Assembly: GCA_036149055.1 (NCBI GenBank)
Contig: JAYZQJ010000004.1
Location: 32,001-96,000, forward strand
DNA from: Myxococcota bacterium
GTDB taxonomy: Bacteria > Myxococcota_A > Polyangia > Polyangiales > Sandaracinaceae
Direction of reading: 5' to 3'
Length of the DNA: 64,000 bases
Translations under genes and position numbers: made by a program
Shown: piece by piece, positions 9,862 to 18,393 of the stretch
Layout of the letters: each line of letters opens with the position of its first letter
How positions within the stretch are numbered: the stretch's first letter is position 1
The notes under the pieces: model-generated
The model's database searches: none
What the model was told of the DNA's origin: nothing
What the model saw: the letters and a program-made list of their open reading frames with translations, nothing else

Positions 9862-10029
9862 CTAGCTCTTCCGCCTCGGCCGCCCGAAGAGGCGCTGCAA
9901 CCCGACCACCGCGACGAGCGCGACGCCGAGCGCCGCCACCAGGCCGATCGCCTCGTGGGTCAGCCACACGAGGGCGGCGAGCGCCCCGGCCACCACGATC
10001 GCCAGCGCGAAGCTGCGGAGCTTGCGCAT
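9862..10029 (-). CDS. Small membrane protein (55 aa)
   Basis: MRKLRSFALAIVVAG..., two hydrophobic helices and a basic tail; ATG abuts the stop of the upstream gene. Confidence 0.55.
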   Translation of the reverse strand: MRKLRSFALAIVVAGALAALVWLTHEAIGLVAALGVALVAVVGLQRLFGRPRRKS

Positions 10030-10556
10030 CACTCGAGCTGCGCCGAGGGAGCGACCAGGACCTCGATCCGGACCGGCAGCTCGGTCCGGTCCTGCACGCC
10101 GAGGTGCCGCGCCGCCTGCTCCGAGAGCGCGATGAGCCCGAACGGCAGCTCCTCCTGGCGCCGCACCTGCACCGTCACCGAGCGGCCGTCGTCCATCCGG
10201 GTCACCCGGACGAGCGTCCCCGCCGGGAAGCGCGGGCTCACCGCCACGTAGCGATCGTGCGGATCGTCGGGCGGTGTGGCCTCCTCGGGCTCGCGGGTCC
10301 AGAGCACCGCGGTGCCCTCGAGCGTGGCCTCGACCTCGGCGTCGCCGAGCTGCTCGGCCCACGGATCGCCGGTGTCGGGCAGATCGCTGTCGTCCGTGGA
10401 CGAAGAGTAGGTGCCGCCGTGCTCGTGGGAGCCATCGGCGGCCAGGGCCGCGGCGGGACCCGGCGAGGCCTCCCCGTGAGCGCAACCGACCATCGCGGTG
10501 CCGGCCCACAGGACGCACGCCAGGGCCCGACGCGCGCTTCGGGAAACGTCTCGCAT
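10029..10556 (-). CDS. RlpA-like double-psi beta-barrel lipoprotein (degenerate)
   Basis: Lipobox-like MVGC; C-terminal FPAGTLVRVTRMDDGRSVTV...IALSEQAARHLG...VRIEVL aligns by eye with the RlpA DPBB core. Confidence 0.6.
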   Translation of the reverse strand: MRDVSRSARRALACVLWAGTAMVGCAHGEASPGPAAALAADGSHEHGGTYSSSTDDSDLPDTGDPWAEQLGDAEVEATLEGTAVLWTREPEEATPPDDPHDRYVAVSPRFPAGTLVRVTRMDDGRSVTVQVRRQEELPFGLIALSEQAARHLGVQDRTELPVRIEVLVAPSAQLE

Positions 10557-10651
10557 CGGTCCTCCACCCCGATCCCTAGGCTCGTCCGGCCGAAGGCCAA
10601 ATGGCTCCGATGTTGCCGCGGCCGCGCGCGGCCCGATACCATGGGGCTCGC

Positions 10652-11407
10652 ATGGACGAACGCACCAAGCAGCTGTTGTCGTTGGGTCGCGAGCACTACG
10701 AGAAGCGCGAGTTCGACAAGGCGGAGCACTACTTCCGCCAGGTCCTCGAGCGCGACGAGGTGAAGTTCGCGGACGTCTACAACATGATGGGCGTGATCCA
10801 TCACGATCGCGGTCGGTTCGAGGAGGCGCAGGGCTGCTTCGAGGAGTCCCTGAAGATCAACCCGAACTACACCGAAGCCGCGCTCAACCTCGCCGTCACC
10901 TACAACGACCTCGGCCGCTACGACGAGGCGAAGAAGATCTACAAGGCCGCGCTCTCGCGGGGCGAGGAGTCCCCCGGCCAGCTCGACCCGTTCGTGAAGG
11001 GCAAGATCGCGAACCTGCACGCCGAGGTCGCCCAGGCCTACGTCGACGCCGGCATGCCCGCCGACGCGATGCACGAGCTCCGCAAGGCCATCCTGCTCTG
11101 CCCGACCTTCGCCGACCTTCGCCTGCGCCTCGCCAACCTCTACCGCCAGACCGGCGACCTCGAGGCGGCTCGCTTCGAGCTCGAGGAGGCGGTCGCCGCC
11201 AAGGCCGGCTACGTGCCCGCGCACGTCGCGCTCGGCGTCGTGCTCCTCGCCTTGAACAAGAAGGACGAGGCGATGAAGCGCTGGCGCGAGGCGCTCTCGA
11301 TCGACCCCGAGAACAAGGCGGCCGCGATGTACCTCCGCATGGCCCGCGGCATCAAGGACTCCGGCTCCATGGCCCCCGTCGCCGAGCGCAAGCCCGACGA
11401 GGAGTAG
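10652..11407 (+). CDS. Tetratricopeptide repeat protein
   Basis: Start re-picked at MDERTKQLL; TPR motifs FADVYNMMG, INPNYTEAALNLA, PTFADLR. Confidence 0.85.
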   Translation: MDERTKQLLSLGREHYEKREFDKAEHYFRQVLERDEVKFADVYNMMGVIHHDRGRFEEAQGCFEESLKINPNYTEAALNLAVTYNDLGRYDEAKKIYKAALSRGEESPGQLDPFVKGKIANLHAEVAQAYVDAGMPADAMHELRKAILLCPTFADLRLRLANLYRQTGDLEAARFELEEAVAAKAGYVPAHVALGVVLLALNKKDEAMKRWREALSIDPENKAAAMYLRMARGIKDSGSMAPVAERKPDEE

Positions 11408-13297
11408 CTACTCGACGATCCAGCAGCCGAGGTCGATGCCGGCGGGAGGCAGCGGCCCGGCCGCGTTGATGGGCCAGCTTCCGAAGTGGTCGAACTGCAG
11501 GTGGTACTCGCCGGGGAGCACCCACCGCTCCGTTGGATAGGGCGAGCTTCCGTCCTCTTCGTACAGCCCCCAACTGCTCGCCTCCGGATGGGCGGGGGAG
11601 CCCGCATGCACGTTCACATGGGAGGGCCAGTTTCCGGCTTCCCAGGGGGGATCGCTTGGATCCCACGGGGGAAACGGGCGTCCCCCGAGGGTCACTTCGA
11701 CGTGCACGAGTCGTCTCGGTAGCTCAATCTCGATGTCCGCCGTCGCCAGGGGGCCGACGTGGACCACGCCGGGCGTCGCCGGCCATCCGGCGTACCCGGG
11801 CGTACCGAGATAGTGGACCGTCCAGGGGCGATCCGCGAAGTAGATCATCCGCTGGTCCAGGGGCTGGAGCGCGCCCAGGCCGGTCCCGTCTCCGACGAGC
11901 CAGGCGGGGACCGGCCAGCCTCGGGGCGCGGGCTGCCGCGTACCCCCGAACACCGCGTGCAGCGTGGCCTCGCGGACCGGGATCGTGAGCTCGTGGACGC
12001 GGTCGGTGCTCACGTCGAACGGCCCCACGACGGCGCCGTGTCCCATCAGCGCGGCTCCGCGCGCGCAGGAGTCGAAGACCTCGAGGGTGCCCGTCAGGTG
12101 ACGCTGAGGGCCGACCCAGACCGCCTCCGGGGGTTCGCCGAGATGGGAACCGTGCAGCCAAGGCTCTTCGCCCCAGCGAATGCTCGCGCGGCAGCGCGCC
12201 GGCGGATCGAGGCCGACCGCGAGCTCCCGGACCACACAGTCCAGGTCCAGCGCCTGGCGGGCCTCCCTGCCCGACACGGTCGTCGCCGCGAAGCAGCCCA
12301 CCGATCCGGGCACGCCGATCTGCACGGTCGAGCCTTCGAGGAGCGTGACCTCCACGCGCCCCGCGTCGTGCGAGACCTCGGTGAGGGACGACGCGTACAC
12401 GCCCGGGGAGGCGGCGAGGGCGAGGGTGAGCTCCGGGGGCGGAGGCGCGCCGCCGAGGGTGACGTCGAAGACGGCGTGGGTGGTCGGGATGTCGATGGTG
12501 GCCGCGCCATCGAGCGTCACCTCCGTGAAGGGGAGGGGGCTGCCGAGCGGAAACGGCGCGCCGCCGAGACCCGAGCTCGCCACCCGGTAGGTCCCGGGCA
12601 CGGCGTGCATCCGGACCGTCCCCTCGGTGTCGCCGTCGATGTAGAGCCTGTGGCTGAGGCCGATCGCGACCTCGACCGGGCTCAACACCAGATGGCGACG
12701 GCCCCCGAAGCGCGGCGTCGGTGCGCCGTCGACGGTGATCGTGATCTCGTGCTCGAGCAGCGGCACGTCGAGCGCGAGCCGGGTGAGGTCGGGGGTGACG
12801 TCGACGTACCCGACGAAGCCTCGCGGCACGAGCTCGGTCGCTTCGTCTCTGACGATGACCGCCACGTGCCGGCCCGGAGCCAAGGTCACGGTGGCCGACC
12901 GCCCTGCTCCGAGCTCGGCGAGTGGGAGATCGGAGCCGGCGTCCAGAGCGTCCTCTCGCCAGAAGAGCAGAGCCCCTTCCTCCCCGTCCGGGATCGGCGC
13001 GCCGTTCACCGCCAGCGTCACCTCGACGCGCTGGGCCGGGATGTCGATCGAGATGCGATCTCCGCGACGGCAGCCGGTCGTGCATCGGGCGGTCGAGAGA
13101 TCGCAGACGCCGACGTCGCAGTCGGCGTCGGACCGGCAGCCAGGCTCCGCGCCCGCGTCGTCGCACCCGCGCGGGGCGCACGTCGAGGCCGGCCCCGAGT
13201 CCGCGCTCGCGTCCTCGCGCTCCCCGGCGTCCTCTCGCTCGAAGGACTGACCGCAGCCGACGAGGGTGACGAGGGTCAAGACGAGCAGACGACGCAT
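11408..13297 (-). CDS. Hypothetical lipoprotein (short Cys-rich module followed by beta-rich domains)
   Basis: Start re-picked at MRRLLVLTLVTLVGC (lipobox); CRSDADC..C motif. Confidence 0.65.
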   Translation of the reverse strand: MRRLLVLTLVTLVGCGQSFEREDAGEREDASADSGPASTCAPRGCDDAGAEPGCRSDADCDVGVCDLSTARCTTGCRRGDRISIDIPAQRVEVTLAVNGAPIPDGEEGALLFWREDALDAGSDLPLAELGAGRSATVTLAPGRHVAVIVRDEATELVPRGFVGYVDVTPDLTRLALDVPLLEHEITITVDGAPTPRFGGRRHLVLSPVEVAIGLSHRLYIDGDTEGTVRMHAVPGTYRVASSGLGGAPFPLGSPLPFTEVTLDGAATIDIPTTHAVFDVTLGGAPPPPELTLALAASPGVYASSLTEVSHDAGRVEVTLLEGSTVQIGVPGSVGCFAATTVSGREARQALDLDCVVRELAVGLDPPARCRASIRWGEEPWLHGSHLGEPPEAVWVGPQRHLTGTLEVFDSCARGAALMGHGAVVGPFDVSTDRVHELTIPVREATLHAVFGGTRQPAPRGWPVPAWLVGDGTGLGALQPLDQRMIYFADRPWTVHYLGTPGYAGWPATPGVVHVGPLATADIEIELPRRLVHVEVTLGGRPFPPWDPSDPPWEAGNWPSHVNVHAGSPAHPEASSWGLYEEDGSSPYPTERWVLPGEYHLQFDHFGSWPINAAGPLPPAGIDLGCWIVE

Positions 13298-13322
13298 GCG
13301 CCCACGGTAGCACCGGGGAGGG

Positions 13323-13853
13323 TCAGCCGGTCCAGCTCTCGAGCGCGCCATCGAGGGCCCGCTCGAGCTCCAGTCGGGATCGGCGCTCTGGCCATACGAC
13401 GAGCACCGGGAGCTCGAGCGGCGCGGCGACCCGCAGGAGCCGCTCGACGAGGAAGTGCTCGAGCCAGAGCACGTGCTCCATCGCCGTCGGCGCACCGCGC
13501 CGCACCGCCCGGCACGCGTCCTGGACGGCGAGGCGGTAGGCGTCGTCGTGCTCCGCGGGCCAGGCGGCGCGCAGCCGCTCGGCCTCGATCGCGAGGTGCT
13601 CGCCCTCGTCGGTCGCGTGACGCAGGAGCCCGCCGTCGAGCGCGAAGGGCACGAAGGTGACGCTCACCGCGCGCTCCAGCTCCGGGCACGCGAGCATGCG
13701 TGCGAGCTCCGTGGAGAGCGCGTCGCCGCCGACCCCGTGATGCGCGAAGCCCTCCGGCGGCCGGGTCACGCGAGCCGCCGGCGGCACGCGCGCGGACAGC
13801 GGCCCGAGGCACGGCACGTCGTCCCAGCCGGCGACGAACATCGAGGCGTTCAT
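13323..13853 (-). CDS. Hypothetical protein
   Basis: Protein-like C-terminal part of ORF 13323..14447 from MNASMFVAGW; the upstream part of that ORF runs through repeat DNA. Confidence 0.5.
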   Translation of the reverse strand: MNASMFVAGWDDVPCLGPLSARVPPAARVTRPPEGFAHHGVGGDALSTELARMLACPELERAVSVTFVPFALDGGLLRHATDEGEHLAIEAERLRAAWPAEHDDAYRLAVQDACRAVRRGAPTAMEHVLWLEHFLVERLLRVAAPLELPVLVVWPERRSRLELERALDGALESWTG

Positions 13854-14826
13854 GAGCGCGGGATACGTCGCCCCGCCGCCCGGCGCATCCGCTGGCATCT
13901 CTGCCGAATCAGGTCCCACCAGCCGGGACCCGCCGTCGCTCGCTTCGCACGTCGCCGAACTCTGCCGAATCGAACGGGCTGCTCTCTCTCGAAAAGGCAG
14001 AGCTCGTAGCGCGCGCCATACCGGCCGGACGCGATCGCGGGCCCGAAACGCCTCGACCGCGCCTCGAGGGCCTCGTGGCCGTGCGAGCTCGACGAGCCAG
14101 CAGCCTTCGAGGAACGCGCGTCCGGCCGGGCCCGAACGCAGCGATCCGGCGTCGACGTCGCCGATCTCTGCCGAATCGAACGAGACTTGCTCTCGAACGG
14201 GCGAGCTCGTGACTCGCGCCGTCCCGGTCCGACGCGACCGCGGAGTGGCTCGTAGCGGCTGCGAGGTCGACAGCGGGCGCACTACGACCGCGCGTGCGCC
14301 GGAGCCCCGGATGAACGTTCCGGCGCTGACGTCGAGTCCGAGCCCGACGCCCAATCCGAGTCCGCGCCCGGGTCGCTCTTCGCCCCTCGGCGCCGCGCGC
14401 TCGCTCTCTGCGCTCGCTACTCGCTGCCGCCGCGCCCGTCGACGCATCTCTGCCGAATCGAGCTCTGCCGAATCGAACGGGGCTTGCTATCTCTCGAAAC
14501 GGCAGAGCCCGTGGCTCGCGCCGTCTGGGGCCGCGCGTCCGCCCCGTGCCCGAATGGAGCGATTCGGGGCCGACGCTCCGAGTCCGAGCCGAATCCGAAT
14601 CCGCGTCCGATCCGCGTTCGGTCGTTCTTCGCCCCTCGGCGGCGCGCGCTACGGACGCTCGCTCTCTGCGCTCGCTACTCGCTGCCGCCGCGCCCGTCGA
14701 CGCATCTCTGCCGAATCGAGCCCTGCCGAATCGAACGGAGCTTGCTCGCTCTCGAACCGGCAGAGCTCGTGACTCGCGCGGTCCCGGCCCGCCGCAACTG
14801 CGACGAGAGGCGCCTCGCCGTCTTCT

Positions 14827-14946
14827 CGAGGCCAAGAGGACCTGCGCCCGCTTCACCTTCCGCGCCCTCGGATTGCCACCGCGCAGCACCTGCTCCAGCT
14901 CCGCTCGTTCCGTGTTCTGCAGCTCGACGACGTAGCGCACGTTCAT
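14827..14946 (-). pseudogene. IS630-family transposase N-terminal fragment
   Basis: RBS GGAGG then MNVRYVVELQNTERAELEQVLRGGNPRARKVKRAQVLLAS; similarity ends where the repeat unit begins (~14828). Confidence 0.7.
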
Positions 14947-15004
14947 GTTCACCTCCGTTTCGGGAGGCGAGTCGATCAAGGGATGAGGGATCCTGTCGAT
15001 CCCC

Positions 15005-15241
15005 ATGGCCAAGTTCACCGACAAGCAGGGCCAGTACCTCGCCTTCATCCACGCCTACACGAAGCTCAACCGACGACCGCCGGCTGAGTCCGACATGCAG
15101 CGCTTCTTCGAGGTGACGCCACCTACCGTTCACCGCATGGTCGTCGAGCTCGAGAAGCGCGGCCTCATCCAGCGGCAGCCTGGCAAAGCGCGAACCATCC
15201 AGGTCCTCGTGCCGACCGAGGAAATTCCGGCGCTCCAGTGA
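15005..15241 (+). CDS. Small winged-HTH regulator (LexA-DNA-binding/MarR-like)
   Basis: FTDKQGQYLAFIHAY...RPPAESDMQRFFEVTPPTVHRMVVELEKRGLIQRQPGKARTIQV resembles the LexA N-terminal wHTH; no peptidase domain. Confidence 0.8.
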   Translation: MAKFTDKQGQYLAFIHAYTKLNRRPPAESDMQRFFEVTPPTVHRMVVELEKRGLIQRQPGKARTIQVLVPTEEIPALQ

Positions 15242-16144
15242 GTCGTCAATCGATCACAATCACTGCGGCCGTGTACTAGGCCGCGCGGACTACGGGCGCT
15301 TGCCGCCGCGGGCTCCCGCCGCCGCCGTTCGCTGCCGCTGCCGCCGTTCGCTGCCGCTGCCGCCGCTCGCTGCCGCCGCTCGCTCCCGCTACAAGCATCC
15401 GCAACCCGACTCGGAGTCGGAGCGGCCACTCGGAGCCGCAGTCGCCACTCGCAGCCGCCACTCGCAGCCGCCGCGGCGTCGACGCATCTCTGCCGAATCG
15501 AGCTCTGCCGCATCGAATGGGGCTTGCGCTCTCTCGAAACGGCAGAGCTCGTGACTCGCGCCGTCCCGGCCCGCCGCGATCGCGGACGGGAGGCGCCTCG
15601 CCCACTTCTCGAAGCGGCGGTCCAGAGCGCTTGCGCTTCTCGTGGCTGGCGCGAGGTCGACGAGCCGTTGATCGAGGCCCGAAAGGAGCGATCCGGCGCC
15701 GAGTCCGAGTCCGGACCGAGCGGGCGTCCGATCCGCACGTGGTCGCCCCTCGCCCCGCGGCGGCTTGCTACCGCCATTCGCCGCCGCTCGCTGCCGAATC
15801 GAGCTCTGCCGAATCGAGCTCTGCCTAATCGAACGGGGCTTGCTCTCTCTCGAAACGGCAGAGCTCGCGCGTGCGATCGCCCGATCCGAATCGGAGCCCG
15901 ATCCGCACCCGGTCGCCCCTCGCATGCGCGCGCCGCCGCCGCTCGGTACCGTAGCCGTCGCCCGGCACCAGTGCCGCCGTTCGGTACCGCGGCCGCCGCT
16001 GACCACCGTCCTCGAGACCGCCGCCAGGCCCCCGCCTCTGCCGTCGCGCGCGCTGGTTCCGCCCGCCGCTCGCTGCCCCGGGCGCAGGTTGCTCCCAGGC
16101 CGCCTCCCTCGCCGGCCCCAGATCGGCTCACCGGCGACGCCGGG

Positions 16145-16855
16145 TCAGGCGGCGCGGCGGGCCGCGGGACCGGGGCGACGACCCGGGTCGATCCGGCCTC
16201 CGGCGCGACGCCAGCCGACGGACAGGAGCCACGTCTCCGCGCGCTCGGCGGGGGAGGCGCGGGAGGGCAACATCGAGGGCGTAGTACGCACCGCACGCGT
16301 CCAGCCGTCGAAGAAGAGCCCCGAGCTGAGCGGGTCCACCCAGGTGGGATCGGCGGCGGCGACCCCGTGGCGGCGGGCGTTGCCGAGCACGTAGGCGATC
16401 GCATTCCGGACGGCCCGGGGCGTGGTGAGCGCGCGGCTGTGGTAGCGGTCGGCGAAGACGGTGCCCTTGCGACCCATCACCCGGTTGATCATGCGCGCGA
16501 TGCGCACGCTCAACCCCTGCATGCCGCGCGCGAGGAGCTCCGCGTCCTCCGCCTCGACCAGGAGATGAACGTGATTCCGCTGGATGGAGAAGTGCACGAT
16601 GCGCATCCCGCCGCGGGCGTTCGCCTTCGCGATGATCTCCCACAGCCGCGTCGACAGCCGCCGGCCGCGCAGGCCCCAGATGCCGCGCATGACCTTCGAC
16701 GTGACCAGCACCGGGTGCCGCGCCGCGAAGCGCTCCCGCGTGGTGTGAGGGACGCCCGCCTTCTCTCCCTTGGGCTTGCGCCCGGCGCCCTTCCGCGCGC
16801 CGCCGTGCCTGAACAACAGGAGCGTGCCTTGCTCTGACTTCCTCTTCTTGCGCAT
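16145..16855 (-). CDS. REP-associated tyrosine transposase (RAYT/TnpA-REP; HUH Y1, IS200/IS605 superfamily)
   Basis: HFSIQRNHVHLLVE (HUH motif), GTVFADRYHSRAL, AIAYVLGNARRH (catalytic Tyr); no tnpB nearby; flanked by palindromic repeats; start re-picked at MRKKRK. Confidence 0.85.
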   Translation of the reverse strand: MRKKRKSEQGTLLLFRHGGARKGAGRKPKGEKAGVPHTTRERFAARHPVLVTSKVMRGIWGLRGRRLSTRLWEIIAKANARGGMRIVHFSIQRNHVHLLVEAEDAELLARGMQGLSVRIARMINRVMGRKGTVFADRYHSRALTTPRAVRNAIAYVLGNARRHGVAAADPTWVDPLSSGLFFDGWTRAVRTTPSMLPSRASPAERAETWLLSVGWRRAGGRIDPGRRPGPAARRAA

Positions 16856-16913
16856 GCCCGCACGGACGGGGAGCGCTCGGCGCGACTGACGGAAATCGCA
16901 AGAAAAGATGCGG

Positions 16914-17197
16914 GAGCTCGATTCGGCAGAGACCGCCGCAGCCTCCAACGGGAAGCTCTGCCGATTCATCTGAGCGCGATTCGGCCCAGATCGACCGGGG
17001 GGGTCGAGCCCGGAAACTCTGCTGAATCATCCTCGACGGCGGAGAGCCGGCCGCAGATCTCGATTCAGCAGAGATCCCCGGAGCACGCTGAGCTCGACAG
17101 GCTCGGTACGGAGCATCCCGCTCTCGGCCGCGTGGGATGATTCGGCAGAGATGCCCCGCGGTCCCAGCGCCGAGCTGGGGCTCGAATCGGCGGAGAT
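16914..17197. repeat. Short copies of the TCTCTGCCGAATC motif in both orientations upstream of the RAYT gene
   Basis: GAGCTCGATTCGGCAGAGA (16914-16932, reverse copy), CTCTGCCGATTC (~16956), CTCTGCTGAATC (~17017), GATTCAGCAGAGAT (~17062), GATTCGGCAGAGAT (~17139), GAATCGGCGGAGAT (~17184). Confidence 0.85.
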
Positions 17198-17246
17198 CCG
17201 CGTCCGGGGACGCGTCATTCCCCTGGGGTGACTACGTGTCCTGGAT

Positions 17247-18203
17247 GTGAAGGGCGCGCCTCGTACGGTTCTCGTGACCGGCGCCAGCACCGGGCTGGGG
17301 CTCGCGATCGCGCGGCGGCTGCTCGAGACGCGGCATCGGCTGATCCTGACCGCGCGCCCGGCTTCGCTGAGGCGCTTCGAGGCCGCGGGCGTGACCGAGT
17401 CCGAGCGGGTCCACGTGCGGGCGCTCGACGTGACCGACCCGGGCATGCGGCACCGGGTGATCGCCGAGGCGTACCACCGCTGGGGAGGCGTCGACGTGCT
17501 GATCAACAACGCCGGGGTCGCCTACCGGGCGGTGGTCGAGCACGTGGTCGAGGACGAGCGGCGCGAGCAGATGAGCGTGAACTTCAACGCGCCGATGGAG
17601 CTGGCGCGCCTGGTCCTGCCCGGGATGCGGGAGCGGCGCCGGGGACACATCCTCACCGTCAGCTCGGTCGGCGGCATGATGGCGATGCCGACGATGGCCG
17701 TGTACAGCGCGTCGAAGTTCGCGCTGGAGGGGGCCTGCGAGGCGCTCTGGTACGAGATCCGCCCGTGGAACGTGCGGGTCAGCCTGATCGAGCCGGGCTT
17801 CATCCGCTCTTCGTCGTTCGAGCGGGTCCGCTACACGCCGATGAGCCGGCGCTCCGAGGACGAGTCCGAGGAGCCGTACCACGCCCACTACGAGCACATG
17901 GGCCCGTTCATCGCCCGGATGATGCAGGGCTGGCTCGCGACCCCCGAGGAGAAGGTGGCCCGGGCGGTGGTGCGCACGATGCACCGCGCCGACCCCCCGC
18001 TCCGGGTGCTCGCCACCCTGGACGCGCGCCTCTTCGACGCGATGCGCCGCCTCCTCCCGCGGCGCCTCTATCACTGGCTCCTCTACCGCTCCTTACCCTC
18101 GATTTCGGACTGGGGTTCGCGGCCTCCCCCGGATTTTTCCGCTCGCCCCTTGCCCGAGCCCCCAAAAAGCCTCACAAAACCGAGTCCGGGCCAGGTCTCG
18201 TGA
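17247..18203 (+). CDS. Short-chain dehydrogenase/reductase
   Basis: TGASTGLG, NNAG and YSASK motifs. Confidence 0.93.
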   Translation: MKGAPRTVLVTGASTGLGLAIARRLLETRHRLILTARPASLRRFEAAGVTESERVHVRALDVTDPGMRHRVIAEAYHRWGGVDVLINNAGVAYRAVVEHVVEDERREQMSVNFNAPMELARLVLPGMRERRRGHILTVSSVGGMMAMPTMAVYSASKFALEGACEALWYEIRPWNVRVSLIEPGFIRSSSFERVRYTPMSRRSEDESEEPYHAHYEHMGPFIARMMQGWLATPEEKVARAVVRTMHRADPPLRVLATLDARLFDAMRRLLPRRLYHWLLYRSLPSISDWGSRPPPDFSARPLPEPPKSLTKPSPGQVS

Positions 18204-18393
18204 GCTTTCTACGGCTTCGGCTTGCAAGCTCGAGTCCCGGCCTCAAGATCCGGCGTACCGCGCGACCGGAGCCCTGCGCCTGCGCAGGCTCCCGGGGGGA
18301 GGCAGCGTGGTCCGGGACGGGTGACACCCGACTCGACCTGGGCAGACACGAACGAACACCTCACTCCTCGCCGCGCACCCCCGAAACGATCCC

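Larger units (their letters stand above)
14827..15279. mobile_element. Truncated IS630-family element remnant (one end, passenger HTH gene, 5' 40 codons of the transposase)
   Basis: IS630-like transposase N-terminus on the - strand, divergent small HTH gene, terminal ATCACTGCGGCCGTGTACTAG ending in TA(G); visibly lower GC than the flanks. Confidence 0.65.
13896..15866 (+). repeat. Array of REP-like 51-bp hairpins in degenerate ~200-320 bp units, downstream of the RAYT gene
   Basis: Consensus GAGCTCTGCCG-AATCGAACGGGGCTTGCTCTCTCTCGAAA-CGGCAGAGCTC at 14460-14510, 14718-14768, 15500-15550 and 15816-15866; degenerate at 13960-14005 and 14166-14208. Often preceded by extra tandem copies of the 15-mer (GAG)CTCTGCCGAATC. 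Confidence 0.9.

Noticed and set aside
15005..15241. lexA gene
   Set aside because: Only 78 aa, with no Ala-Gly cleavage site or S24 peptidase domain; it lies within an IS remnant.
13896..15866. CRISPR array interpretation of the repeated 51-mer
   Set aside because: Intervening sequences are 150-270 bp (one ~730 bp), irregular and related to each other, and no cas genes are in the window. An adjacent RAYT explains the repeats better.
13852..16404. Long ORFs containing SAESS/RQSS repeats
   Set aside because: By-products of the hairpin repeat. Only the IS630 fragment, the HTH gene and the RAYT look protein-like.
16145..16855. IS200/IS605 element with TnpB/omegaRNA
   Set aside because: No tnpB or iscB ORF is adjacent, and the flanks are multi-copy palindromes rather than single left/right ends.
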